The notes below the pieces were generated by a model. The model worked only from the letters and a program-made list of their open reading frames with translations, was not told the DNA's origin and made no database searches. Of a stretch of 64,000 nucleotides of DNA, positions 25,100 to 37,037 are shown piece by piece. How positions within the stretch are numbered: position 1 is the stretch's first letter; the number at the start of each line of letters is the position of its first letter. The stretch is from Stegostoma tigrinum. Its lineage: Eukaryota. Position numbers and translations under genes: made by a program. The stretch spans positions 14,880,001-14,944,000 of the forward strand of contig NC_081390.1 of assembly GCF_030684315.1 (NCBI RefSeq), given 5' to 3'.

Positions 25100-25575
25100 C
25101 TGGGTGCAGTAAAGATTTACAAGGATGTTGCCAGGACTGAAGGGTTTGAGCTATCAGAGAGGCTAGATAGACTGGGACTTTTTCCCTGAAATGTGGGAGG
25201 CTGAAGGGTGACCATAGGTATATAAAATCATGAGAGACATAGATAAGGTGAATAACCAAGGTCTCTTCCCCCAGGGCAGGGGAGTCCAAAACTAGAATGC
25301 ATAGGTTTAAGGTGAGAGGGGAAAAATCTTAAAGGGACCTGAGAGCAACGTTTTTACACAGAGGATGGTGTGTGTATAGTAAAAACTGCCGTACAAAATG
25401 GTAAGGGTGAGTACAACTATGACTTTTAAATGTCATAGTTGGAGAGGTACATCAGTAGGAAAGGCTTAGAGGGATTTGGTTCAAACATAGGCAAATGAGG
25501 CCACTTTCAGTTTAGGAAACCTGGTTGGCATGAACAAGTTGGACCAAAGGGTCTGTTTCTAGGCTGTATGACTCT
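25100..25575 (+). mobile_element. CR1 LINE 3' end (family A)
   Basis: gggtgcagtaaagatttacaaggatgttgccagg...gggtctgtttctaggctgtatgactct. Confidence 0.85.
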
Positions 25576-25579
25576 CCCC

Positions 25580-26165
25580 TGCAGCTACTCGAACAATTTG
25601 CTTTTCTCAATGCCATTTGAAATGTACCTCGCAATCTCTTTCACGAGGCCCCTGCCAACAATTATTACCCCTGACCCATGACCTCATCAGCCATCTTCAG
25701 CCCTTAACACAAACTCATCCTTGCATTGGTTCTGTCTGCCTCGCAACTCCAACTGAATTGTCAGAACTTCAATGCCGTTTTTAATTCAGCTGAACTGATA
25801 ACGAATTCCAAGCTGGTCAGTGATTTAATTAAGTCTTGTGACCCTTTATAACTTTTTTGAATGGCTGTTCACCTTGGCAACCTCACACGGTTCAGCTGTT
25901 GCCTCATGATGGTTGTAAACCAGGACTTCCAACTTTGGATGTTAACTTGACGGTTTCATCATGTTATCTCTTAACTACAACCACTCCCAATCAACAGCCT
26001 TTTACCCATCTCCAATATTTTTATAGAAAATAAAGAAAGTGAAGATAATTTTTTTTTGCCCTTGTGATTTTTCTTTCCTCCTGAACTGCTTGCTACAATG
26101 TTCAGAAGCTAGGCATTTTTGTCTATTTCTGATTTCCAGCATCTACGATATTTCATTTTCTTTCT
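25580..26165 (+). mobile_element. possible very old PLE remnant
   Basis: Ends with a family-4-like tail, tttctgatttccagcatctacgatatttcatttt; the upstream part is not resolvable. Confidence 0.3.
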
Positions 26166-27345
26166 GATTATACCTTTGTGCACGCCTTTAGAATAAATTT
26201 CTTCCTGAAAGGAGCTGTATAAATATAAAGTTCTCAACTGTAACCTGGGTTCCTTCCAAATGTTCCTAGCTTGTATACTGGAAAGTCTGGTTTGTAAACC
26301 AGGTATTGCAGAAAACCATGCCCCTTTAAACTCATTACAGAAAGCTGTAAATGAGCTGAAGGATGAAACAATTTCAACTCACCATGACATAGCAGATCTA
26401 CTTTGCACTTACTATATTATAGAAAACTCCCAAATTCCAAGAAAATGTCAAATAAGACGTTTCTAAATACTATCCTGTGCTACCAGTTTCAGAGATTATT
26501 AAAGAGGTCAAACAAGTTAAGTTTCTGGACAGTTTCATGTGAGTGAAGGCTAATATCAGAGAGCTGGTGCCTGAGAGTCTGTAAGCGACAGTGTTTACAA
26601 AGAAGTAAATAGCAGACTCTGAATGATTGGGAGGGGTTGCTTGAAGCCATTTTAACAATGTTGTTACCAGAGTTTTACAAGTTTCCCAGCTGGTGTCTTT
26701 GTATTAGTGTGTAGGCAACAGAATAAGGTGCCTCTTTTGATGGAGGAGTACACAAGTGACCTCAAACACTGAGTTTATTGTACTCATGCTCGAATCTTGA
26801 GTTGGAATTCATTTTTGACACATCAGCAAGTACGTTTTATATCAGCTCCAAAAAAGAAGCTGGCATTAATACAAAGGAAGTGGAACCAGCAGCTGCCTTA
26901 ATGGTTTTCATGCTTCCTTGTGGAAAAAATATCTTAATAGTAATTTTCCGGTACTGTCTTCATCGCCTAGTTTAATAATTCCAATTAACAAATTGTTAGT
27001 AGTTCGCAACATCAATTGATGTGATAAATACTTCACCAGGGTGTGTTACTTAAGATTTCAATTGTATTTTATATGTCTGTTTATTTGGGGCATTCGGATT
27101 GCTAGCTGCTGACTGGTGGTACAATTGATAGCAACCTAAAAATAAACTACTTGCATTCATCAAGGTCAGCTGCTGGAAAATACTGGTTTAAAGAAAATGA
27201 TATTCCCAAGTTATCCGAGAGGATAAAGCTAATCCACAGACTGATGTCTGCATTACCAATAAGCATCTCCTTTTAACCTGTTCTTCCCATTGACTTTCCA
27301 TGCTTAATTCAACACTAAGCAGATGGAGTTTGTTGACTTTTTCCA

Positions 27346-27527
27346 AGATGTGGAGGTGCCGGTGTTGGACTGGGGTGGGCAAGGCCAGAAGTCACACGAT
27401 ACCAGGTTATAGTCGAACAGGTTTATTTCATCAGGTGAAGTCACTTTACCTGATGAAGGATCAGTACTCTGAAAGCTTGTGATTTCAAATAAACCTGTTG
27501 GATTACAACCTGCTGTCATGTGACTTC
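27346..27527. mobile_element. fold-back mini-PLE, family 3
   Basis: Left tail gatgtggaggtgccggtgttggactgggg; arms cagaagtcacac...caggtttattt / aaataaacctg...tgtgacttctg; TSD tga(c/a)tttttcca at 27334-27345 and 27528-27539. Confidence 0.85.
27447..27481 (+). ncRNA. minimal hammerhead motif, family 3 (decayed stem II)
   Basis: tac-CTGATGA-a-gga-tcagtac-tct-GAAA-GCTT-gtg; AGCT palindrome in place of ACGT. Confidence 0.6.
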
Positions 27528-27980
27528 TGAATTTTTCCATCACAATGATTGAAGATATTCGTATAGAGCTTTAGAATTTCCCTTGTCCCATTATTCTGAC
27601 AAGTTCTTCCTTTCCATCCCTATCTTGACATCACTCTTCAGCACCTCGGTATCTCATGGAGCTCTTCTTTAACTGTTATCACTTGAAGACTTGAATTCTT
27701 CCCGAACAAACTCTCACCACTCAAATACCTTGGCTTGCTTTTGATCTCACCAGCTCATGAAGTGCTGTTGTCAGAAGTGAACATTTTTGGAACAAATACC
27801 AAACCAAGGCACTTTGTTCGGGTGAAGGCCCCATTTGACTTATTCATGATTTTTTCAGCCTGTGGACCTTCAATGATCCATGCACATAGGCCCATCTGCC
27901 CTGGCACTGCCTTCAGAATTTCAACCTTTGTTTTATATTGACTTTTGCCATTCTTAATGTTTCCCTTCATAATTCTTGAT

Positions 27981-29381
27981 GGAGTCATACAGATGTACAG
28001 CATAGAAACAGACCTTTTAGTCCAACTCATCCATGCCGGCCAGGTATCCTTAACTAATCTAGTCCCATTTGCCAGTGTTTGGCCCATATCTCTTTAAATC
28101 TTCCTGTTCATGTACCCATCCAGATGCCTTTTAAATGTTGTAGTTATACCAGTCTCCACCACTTCCTCTGGCAACTAATTCCATTCATGTACCACCCTTT
28201 GCATGAAAAAATTGCCCCTTAGAAGAAGCCTTTCCCTCTCACCTTAAACCTATTGCCTCCAGTTTTGGATTCCCCCTACCATGTGAAAAAATACCCTTTG
28301 CTATTCCCCTTTTTCTTGCCCCTCATGGTGTTATAAAGTCATCCCTCAGTTTCAGGTGCTCTAGGGAAAGTAGTCCCAGCCTATTCAGCCTCTCCCTGTG
28401 GTTCAAGCCCTCCAACCCTGGCAACATCCTTGTACATCTCTCCTGAACATTTTCAACTTTAACAACATCTTTGCTTTAGCAGGGAGACCAGAATTGAATG
28501 CAGTATTCCAAAAGTGGCCGAACCAATGCCCTGAACTGCCGTAACATGACCTCCCCACTCCTATACTCAATGAACTGACCAATAAAAGCAAGTGTACCAA
28601 ATGTCTTTTTCACTATCCTGTCTACCTGTGACTACACTTTCTGGGAACTATGAACCTACACTCCAAAGTCTCTTTGTTCAGCAACACTCTCCAGGTACTT
28701 GCCATTAAGTGTATAAGTCATGCCCTGATTTGCCTTTCCAAAATGTAGCATGTCACATTTATCAAAATTAAACTACATCTGCCACTCCTCAGCGCATCAC
28801 TCCATCTGATCAAGGTTCCATTGTATGCTGAGGTAATCTTTGCTGTCCACTACACCTCTAATTTTGGTCTTATCTGCAAACTTACTAATCATACCTCCTA
28901 CAATCATATCCAAATCAGATATAAAAATGACAAAAAGCAATGGACTCAGTACTGATTCTTGCCACACACCGCTGGTTATAGGCCTCCAGCCTGGAAAGCA
29001 ACCTTCTATCTCTCCTACCTTTGACCCAGTTAAGTATCCGAATGGCTCATTCTTACTGTATTCCATATGATCTAACCTGGTTAACAAGCCTATCATGCAG
29101 AACCTTATCAAACACTTTACTGAAGTCCATATAACCCACTCCACTGCTTTGCCTCCATCAATTCTCTTTGTCCCTTCTTCAAGAAAACTCAGTCACGTCA
29201 GTGAGACATGATTTCCCACACACAAAGCCATGTTTACTTTCCCTAGTCAGTCTTTGCCTTACCAAATACATATAAATCTTGTCACTCAGAATCTCCTCCA
29301 ACAACTTATCCACTACTGACAACAGGCTCACTGATCAATGGTTCCCTGGCTTTTCCTTATCACCTTTCTTAAAGAATAGCA
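27981..29381 (-). mobile_element. CR1 LINE RT + 3' end (family A)
   Basis: ORF track: GWRPITSGVWQESVLSPLLFVIFISDLD...ISKFADKTK; 3' tail gagtcatacagatgtacagcatagaaacagacc. Confidence 0.9.
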
Positions 29382-30356
29382 TTGTGTTGATGTTACGTTT
29401 TATCTACACATGTGCACTCAATCCTCCAACTTGTCTATGTCCTCTTGAAGACTTGAAATATCTATCCCATTATACTTCAGCTTTTTGTGTCACTGCAAAT
29501 TTTGAAATTGTGCCCTGTACATCCAAGTTTTAGTCATTCACAAAGGTAGTGGTCCTAACACCGAATACTCATTATTTACCTCCTTCTAATCAAAGAAACA
29601 ACAATAAGCCATTATCCTTGTTAGAGGTCTATCTTTTTAGATGAAATGCTAATTCAAGACTAAAACCAACTTTTTCGAGAGAAGGTGACGTATTTAACAG
29701 TGCTTTTTTGTCCATGAGCTGGATGTTCTTAGTCATCCATGAACATCATAACATGCATTATAAAATTGTTGCACAATTTCTTTCTGTTTTTAAGGAGAAA
29801 TGTATAATACAGTAACCATTTTTACCAGGAGGACAACTCTGACTATTTTTGACTGCAATGCTCAGACTGAATGAAGCCTAATGAAATGAACCGCGCTATA
29901 AAAAGCCAAATCTTGATTTTCATGAATAATATCATTTGACTTCTCACACTTCTTGATCACCTTTGGAGTACTTCAAGTTCATTTTAACCCTCCCTTTTCT
30001 CATAATTTAGACATTGATCCCATCCCCTTGTGCTCCTAAGCAAAATGATATTAACCAGAGCTATGGAATTAGTTTCCACATATATTTGGCGAATGCCCAA
30101 CTTTCACTACATTATTATGAATTTTGACTTGATCAATACTTCCTGTGCAATCTAACATTCCTGAATGGTTTGAAGCAAGGAAAGAACTTAATAGTTTGGT
30201 ATTGTTGGGCTGTGCAATGTACCTAAAGTTCATTGTCTTTTGCTCATTAAGTGTTTGCTAGCTCTCCATCTGAAAATCCCAAATGATAAGTCACAAAGTG
30301 GTCCATAGATTCAACAGATTCTGTCAAATTGGCATGAATTCTAATCTAAGAATATC

Positions 30357-30484
30357 AACTCTGATGAAGAGTCATCTAGACTCAAAACGTTAGCTTTCTT
30401 TCTCTCCATGGATGTTACCTGACCCACAGTGATCTCCAGTATTTTCTGTTTTCAGTGCAGATTTCAGCATCTGCTGTAATTTCC
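30357..30484 (+). mobile_element. PLE terminal fragment, family 4, with hammerhead motif
   Basis: aact-CTGATGA-a-GAGTC-atcta-GACTC-aAAA-CGTT-agct (GAAA>AAAA, consistent with CpG decay), then tail gatttcagcatctgctg. Confidence 0.7.
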
Positions 30485-30547
30485 TCCACAGATTTTGGAT
30501 GTTGATTCTGATTTTGAATTGTTTTTTTAAGGAGATCCATATCTTTT

Positions 30548-30645
30548 GAGATAACAAGGTGCAGAGCTGGATGAACACAGCAGGCCAAGCAGCATCAGAG
30601 GAGCAGGAAAGCTGACATTTCGGGTTGAGACCCTTCTTCAGAAAG
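30548..30645 (-). mobile_element. PLE terminal fragment, family 1b, with hammerhead at 30611-30643
   Basis: Minus strand CTGAAGA-a-GGGT-ctca-ACCC-GAAAT-GTC-agc followed by gatgctgcttggcctgctgtgttcatccagc. Confidence 0.8.
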
Positions 30646-31559
30646 AAACATCTTTGAGGTTCTTTTAGCTCTTTGCTGTTCTTCCTGATGGTCCAATGTA
30701 ATTTCCAGTTGCTACACAAATTTAATGGCTTGCTTTTTTTCATTGGACACACACGAATATAGAAACGTGAATGTTGTTTTAAATGTTTTAAATTCCGTTA
30801 GGTGGTTTGCAGTGTCCCAATTTATGTTATGGAATTTTGTGGGTTTTCTGACTGAGCCTTTGACTTTGTTTCCTTTAGCTTGGCACACATCTTGATCACT
30901 TGCATTTCTCAAATATAATAGAGATTTGTCTACTGACCAGCAAGCTTTTTTTTTCTTTAAACTCTCTTCTGTACTGAAGAAAGACATTAAGGGTTGTCTG
31001 ATGCAGAACTAAAGACTGCCTACCATGTGTTTCACTTGTAGATTAACTTGCTTGCTGAACATTCAAGAAAGACAGGTATTCTTAGCATGACATTTTCCAC
31101 CACTCTTTACCACTATATCACTAATAATTAATAATCAATTCTTCATTAGAAATCGATAAACTTTGTGTTTGTTGATTTAAAACAGTGTAACAGACATTAC
31201 TGCAAACCAAATTTCATCTGTTTGTGTAGATTGCAAGCACAAGACAGGTTGACTGCATGGACAAATTGCACACAGCACATGGAGTTCTCAAATTCCCTTA
31301 AAGACAAGGTAAACATACAACAGAGGCCACAATCAGATCTTATCCATGGGTCAGCATGCTATCTTGAAAGGAGACACAAAGTATTCAACGATGGCCCATG
31401 TCACTTTGACAAGTGTAAGCTTTCCCTTCTCATGCTTTTTATCCTGTCCGCAGCCTTGCAGCTGATGATTGACTGCATCAACCTCCTGTAGAACCTCCCC
31501 ACTGTTACCCAGCTGTGTGGGACTGTATTCATTGTTTTATTCTTCTTTGGCGTTGCAAA

Positions 31560-31870
31560 GATTGGGGGAACTAAGGATCATAACCTTAAAATGAGGGGGA
31601 GCAGATTTAGGACTGAGTTGAGGAGGAATTTTATTACCCAAAGGGCTGTGAATGTGTGGAATTACCAGCCCAGTGAAGTAGTTAAAGCTACCTTATTGAA
31701 TATTTTTAAGGCAAAGATAGGTTTTTGAATTGTGAAAAAATTAAGGGTATTGGTGACCAGGTTGTAAATGGAGCTGAGTCCACGCAAAGATCAACAGTGA
31801 TCATTTTGAATGGCAGAGCAGATTTGATGGGCAGGATGGCCTACTCCTGCTCCTATTTCTTGTGTTTTTA
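31560..31870 (+). mobile_element. CR1 LINE 3' end
   Basis: ttgaggaggaattttattacccaaagggctgtgaatgtgtggaat (RRNFFTQRVVNxWN); UTR ggcctactcctgctcctatttct. Confidence 0.75.
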
Positions 31871-31909
31871 AGGATTAATGCCTGACCCCCCCCCCTCCTA
31901 TTCCTCACT

Positions 31910-32785
31910 TCCATGCTGCCACTTGGTAACATCATTCAAAGGCATGATGATAATTTTCACATATACTCTGATAACAACCAGCTCTACCTCATCACCACCT
32001 ATCTTGATTCATTCACCATTGCTACATTATCAGACTACTTATCCATGTAGTGCATGAAAAGAAATCGTTTCTAATTAAATATTGGGAAGACTGAAGTCAT
32101 TGTATCCATTCCCTGCTCCAAGCTCTGTACTCTAACCACCAAGTTCATCCTTCTCTCCAAAAACCGTGTGAGATTAAGCCAGTTGTTCACAGTTGTATCT
32201 CTGCTGCAGCCATGAGAATCAGTGCCATGTTTATATTATCACAGTAGGTGGTGTTTCTCTCACTGTCCTGGACATTAACTCTTTCAAACTCTTATATTTC
32301 AGAGACCATCCAAAACTTTATCAACCCTGCTGTAACTCTCAGCAAATGCCATTCTCCAATCATCCCTAGGCTTGTTCACCTATGTAGGTCATTGAGCATC
32401 CTGATATTAAAATGTCAATAGATAGCTTAATTCACTCCAACGTCTTCACTTCTGTAAATCTGTAATTCCCTCCGATACCAAAATCCGCCAGGATATCTCT
32501 GCTCCAATGATTTTGGGCTTTTGTGCATTTTCAATTTTAATTGCTCCTCCATTAGTAACTATGTTTTCACTTACCTCGACCCCAAGCTCGAGAATTCCCT
32601 TCAATTGTCTGTCACCTCTCTACCTCATCTTCATCCTTTAAATATTCTTCAAAACCAACCTCTTCGCCCAATATTTAGAACATCTGACTTAATATTTCCT
32701 TATGTGGCTCGGTGTTGTAGTTGTTTCATAATTGCTCTGTGAAGCAGTTTAGTATATTTCAGTACATTAAAAACACTAATGTCAA
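31910..32785 (+). mobile_element. L2 LINE RT remnant and 3' end
   Basis: atgctgccacttggtaacatcattcaaaggcatgatgataattttcacatatactctgataacaaccagctctacctc = MLPLGNIIQRHDDNFHIYSDNNQLYL (L2 YADDTQLY box); ctaattaaatattgggaagactgaagtc (LNxxKTE). Confidence 0.75.
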
Positions 32786-32832
32786 GAGAGAGAAGGGTAT
32801 TGTATGAATCCAATCCAATAAGTACATGTGTT

Positions 32833-33027
32833 TCAGAGATAGTCGGAACTGCAGATGCTGGAGAATCTGAGATAACATGGTGTAGAGCTGGATGAACACA
32901 GCAGGCCAAGCAGCATCAGAAGAGCAGGAAGGCTGACATTTCGGGCCTAGGTGCAAAACGTAAGCCTCCCTGCTCCTCTGATGCTGCTTGGCCTGCTGTG
33001 TTCATCCAGCTCTACACCGTGTTATCT
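32833..33027. mobile_element. fold-back mini-PLE, family 1b
   Basis: Tail on the left; inverted arms; TSD caataagt(a/g)catgtg at 32816-32830 and 33028-33042. Confidence 0.9.
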
Positions 33028-33703
33028 CAATAAGTGCATGTGCCTTCTTGTGAGCAATGCCAGTTGATAGCTTCATGCTAGTATTGCTAACTTTAGTTTT
33101 GGAGTCATTTGTCAGATAATTTTTCACGTCCTGAAGCGTAATTTATGCCCAAAGTTCCCTGACCTTGAGAGGTGTTCAGGATGATGTTTGTGGGCTGTTC
33201 GACTGTGAAGAGAACCTATGGAATAACAAAAATGAAAGATTTATCATGAATCAGGGGAGTATGTGATACCTTGCATTTTTTCGTGCCTTCATTCTGTCTT
33301 GAATAGCCATTCGTCCTGGAGTGGAGACCTGATTATATTCTACAATAAAGGGGAGTACCCAGGCAGATGAAACTTCTCCCAGACAATGTTATAACTTGGT
33401 GGATGCGTGATAGCTTGACCTAGAAGAAACAACAAGTAGTTTTACTCTTCTGCTAGTACTCCTAGTACACACTGTTCTTTTGGAAAGGCAAACATAGACA
33501 GTAGGCTACGTTAACTAGAATACTTCAGATTTGCCTGACAGCCAGTTATGTTTTATGTTCATTCATTGAAACATGTGGCATGATGATAGTGAGTGCATAT
33601 TTATTTATTCCCCTGGCTCCTAATGGGCAGCTGTTTGTTATAGGACACCACGTTCTTTCCTTACAAATGTGTCTTCGCTATGGCAATCAGACTGATTGGC
33701 ACT

Positions 33704-33784
33704 CGGATAACCAAGTGTGGTGCTGGATGAACACAGCAGGCCAAGCAGCATCTTAGGATCACAAAAGCTGATGTTTCCGGCCTA
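33704..33784 (-). mobile_element. PLE terminal fragment, family 1
   Basis: gctggatgaacacagcaggccaagcagcatcttaggatcacaaaagctgatgtttccggccta. Confidence 0.8.
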
Positions 33785-34749
33785 TTGCTGTGCATGAGGA
33801 CTACTTTTAGAATCTTTACACTGTGTCACACTATATCTGACTGCACCATGATTGCAATTGGATACTTATATTACAAAATGTTTCAGTTTTGTGACCAACC
33901 ATTAGTGTTTCCTGTAACTATGAATTATCTCAGCAGTTTTCAGAAGGATGATGAAACTGCATTGCACATGGCACATTGCTGGGGGACACCTTGCTGGTCA
34001 TTGGGATTGTTTGTCATCTATATGATCATCTGGATGATAAACTTGCAAGAGAGCGATGGCTCCTCATTGTCAAAAGGTTCATTTTGGATAAAGATACAGG
34101 AAACCAAAACAAGGTATAATCTGATAGTTCAAGTTCAGGTCTTTCCTGACCTTTGTGGTTTTCGATGAGGGGTCAATAATGAACTAAATAATGAAGGGTG
34201 TACATCTTTCATGGGTGAACCTCTTTTTAAAAAGCAAGTAACTATTACGCACAAGGATTGAATAAAACATTCATATTGCACCCGGTATGTCATTATCTGA
34301 AGGTTGACTGATGCTATTTCACATAATAGTTCAACATTTCATAATATTTCCAGTATCTGTAGACTGAAACAATTTTGGAACTATGTTTACAAAAAATTCT
34401 TCAATCTTTAAAATGAACTAACTCATATTGAATTCAATCTGGTGTGCCCACCTTGCCCCCTCTGAAATCTGTTAGAAATCAAGTCAGAAGTAGAATTATT
34501 AATAAGTGTATAAATGCATATGAGGACTTTGCAGGATAATGACTTTTAAGAAGTGATCAGCCGTGACCTAAATGATGGGGCAGGCTCAGTGAGTCAGTTG
34601 GCTCACTCCTATTCCTATGTTCATATACTGTCAGATTTTAGGACCCAGAAAATAACTGAAACAAATGTAAATTAAAATTCATTTCAAGTAAGTAGAGATA
34701 AAGTTAAATATAGGGCACCTTTGAAGAGAAATAGGAGAATAATTGTAGA

Positions 34750-35116
34750 TGACATGAGTCAGTTAGCTGAGTTGGCTGGATGACTGGTTTGTGATGCAGA
34801 GTGATGCCCAATGACATGGGTTCAATTTCCGCATTGGCTGAGGTTACAATGAAGGACTGTCATTCTCGACGTCTCCCCTTTACATTCCCAAAACAAAACT
34901 CAGATTTTATTATGTAGTAGATTCAATACAAAATACAAAACAATTTTGTCCTCGGAAGAGTTTTGATGATAGGATAAAACCAACAGTAAAACCAAAAAAA
35001 GTAATATAAGTAACTACAAAGATGTGGTGACCTTCAGGTTAAACTACCACCAGTCATTTCTCTCTCTAATGAGAGAGCAGCCCTATGATCTGTTAAGGCT
35101 CTGACAATTTTATTTT
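34750..35116 (+). mobile_element. tRNA-derived SINE with an AT-rich interruption (~34880-35022)
   Basis: A-box ttagctgagttgg, B-box gggttcaatttcc; second half gtggtgaccttcaggttaaactaccaccagtc. Confidence 0.6.
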
Positions 35117-35523
35117 TCACCCTTTGTAACTGCTTGAGAAAGTGGTTAAAAAGCCAATGGACCAGGAAAAAGGGTACCAAAGCAAAGGATTTACAATGAT
35201 TTTTTTTCTAAATAAGTGGTGTTTCTGCATCCAGTAGAGTATCATGTTGGATTTTGGGCAGTAGAGATTTACAAGGATGGCTCCAAGGACAAGGGTATCA
35301 GTTGTGTGCAAATATTGAAGAAGATGAACTTCTGAGAGAATAAACGATTGAGAGAAGATTTGGCAGAAATGTTCAAGATATTGAGGAAAATAGACAGATT
35401 TAGTTATGTAGAAACTGTTTTCTTTGGCAGAAGGATTGACAACCAGAGAGCACATGCTTAAGATAATAAAATGTGAGGCTGAATGAACACAGCAGGCCAA
35501 GCAGCATCTCAGGAGCACAAAAG

Positions 35524-35555
35524 CTGATGTTTCGGGCCTAGACCCTTCATCAGAG
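35524..35555 (-). ncRNA. minimal hammerhead motif
   Basis: Minus strand ct-CTGATGA-a-GGGTC-ta-GGCCC-GAAAC-ATC-ag. Confidence 0.7.
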
Positions 35556-35777
35556 AGGGGGATGGGGAGAGTGAACTGGAATAAATAGGGAGAGAGGGGG
35601 AGGCGGACCGAAGATGGAGAGAAAAGAAGATAGGTGGAGAGAGTATAGGTGGGGAGGTAGGGAGGGGATAGGTCAGTCCAGGGAAGACGGACAGGTCAAG
35701 GAGGTGGGATGAGGTTAGTAGGTAGGTGGGGGTGCGGCTTGGGGTGGGAGGAAGGGATGGGTGAGAAGAAGAACCGG

Positions 35778-37037
35778 TTAGGGAGGCAGAGACAGGTTGG
35801 ACTGGTTTTGGGATGCAGTGGGTGGGGGGGAAGAGCTGGGCTGGTTGTGTGGTGCAGTGGGGGGAGGGGACGAACTGGGCTGGTTTAGGGATGCAGTAGG
35901 GGAAGGGGAGATTTTGAAACTGGTGAAGTCCACATTGATACCATATGGCTGCAGGGTTCCCAGGCGGAATATGAGTTGCTGTTCCTGCAACCTTCGGGTG
36001 GCATCATTGTGGCAGTGCAGGAGGCCCATGATGGACATGTCATCTAGAGAATGGGAGGGGGAGTGGAAATGGTTTGCGACTGGGAGGTGCAGTTGTTTGT
36101 TGCGAACTGAGAAGAGGTGTTCTGCAAAGCGGTCCCCAAGCCTCCGCTTGGTTTCCCCAATGTAGAGGAAGCCGCACCGGGTACAGTGGATGCAGTATAC
36201 CACATTGGCAGATGTGCAGGTGAACCTCTGCTTAATGTGGAATGTCATCTTGGGGCCTGGGATAGGGGTGAGGGAGGAGGTGTGGGGACAAGTGTAGCAT
36301 TTCCTGCGGTTGCAGGGGAAGGTGCCGGGTGTGGTGGGGTTGGAGGGCAGTGTGGAGCGAACAAGGGAGTCACGGAGAGAGTGGTCTCTCTGGAAAGCAG
36401 ACAGGGGAGGGGATGGAAAAATGTCTTGGGTGGTGGGGTCGGATTGTAAATGGCGGAAGTGTCGGAGGATGATGCGTTGAATCCGGAGGTTGGTAGGGTG
36501 GTGTGTGAGAACGAGGGGGATCCTCTTAGGACGGTTGTGGCGGGGGCGGGGTGTGAGGGATGTGTTGCGGGAAATACGGGAGACGCGGTCAAGGGCGTTC
36601 TCGATCACTGTGGGGGGAAAGTTGCGGTCCTTAAAGAACTTGGACATCTGGGATGTGCGGGAGTGGAATGTCTTATCGTGGGAGCAGATGCGGCGGAGGC
36701 GGAGGAATTGGGAATAGGGGATGGAATTTTTGCAGGAGGGTGGTTGGGAGGAGGTGTATTCTAGGTAGCTGTGGGAGTCGGTGGGCTTGAAATGGACATC
36801 AATTACAAGCTGGTTGCCTGAGATGGAGACTGAGAGGTCCAGGAAGGTGAGGGATGTGCTGGAGATGGCCCAGGTGAACTGAAGGTTGGGGTGGAAGGTG
36901 TTGGTGAAGTGGATGAACTGTTCGAGCTCCTCTGGGGAGCAAGAGGCGGCGCCGATACAGTCATCAATGTACCGGTGGAAGAGGTGGGGTTTGGGGCCTG
37001 TGTAGGTGCGGAAGAGGGACTGTTCCACGTAACCTAC
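35778..37037 (-). CDS. PLE polyprotein fragment: RT C-terminal half + Cys linker + GIY-YIG endonuclease (5'-truncated)
   Basis: Uninterrupted ~420 codons: RYIDD catalytic box, LTFLDL, FKPTDSHSYLEYTS, CNRRKCYTC linker, VYCIHCTRCGFLYIGETKRRLGDRFAEH, GINVDF. Confidence 0.9.
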   Translation of the reverse strand, partial: VGYVEQSLFRTYTGPKPHLFHRYIDDCIGAASCSPEELEQFIHFTNTFHPNLQFTWAISSTSLTFLDLSVSISGNQLVIDVHFKPTDSHSYLEYTSSQPPSCKNSIPYSQFLRLRRICSHDKTFHSRTSQMSKFFKDRNFPPTVIENALDRVSRISRNTSLTPRPRHNRPKRIPLVLTHHPTNLRIQRIILRHFRHLQSDPTTQDIFPSPPLSAFQRDHSLRDSLVRSTLPSNPTTPGTFPCNRRKCYTCPHTSSLTPIPGPKMTFHIKQRFTCTSANVVYCIHCTRCGFLYIGETKRRLGDRFAEHLFSVRNKQLHLPVANHFHSPSHSLDDMSIMGLLHCHNDATRRLQEQQLIFRLGTLQPYGINVDFTSFKISPSPTASLNQPSSSPPPTAPHNQPSSSPPPTASQNQSNLSLPP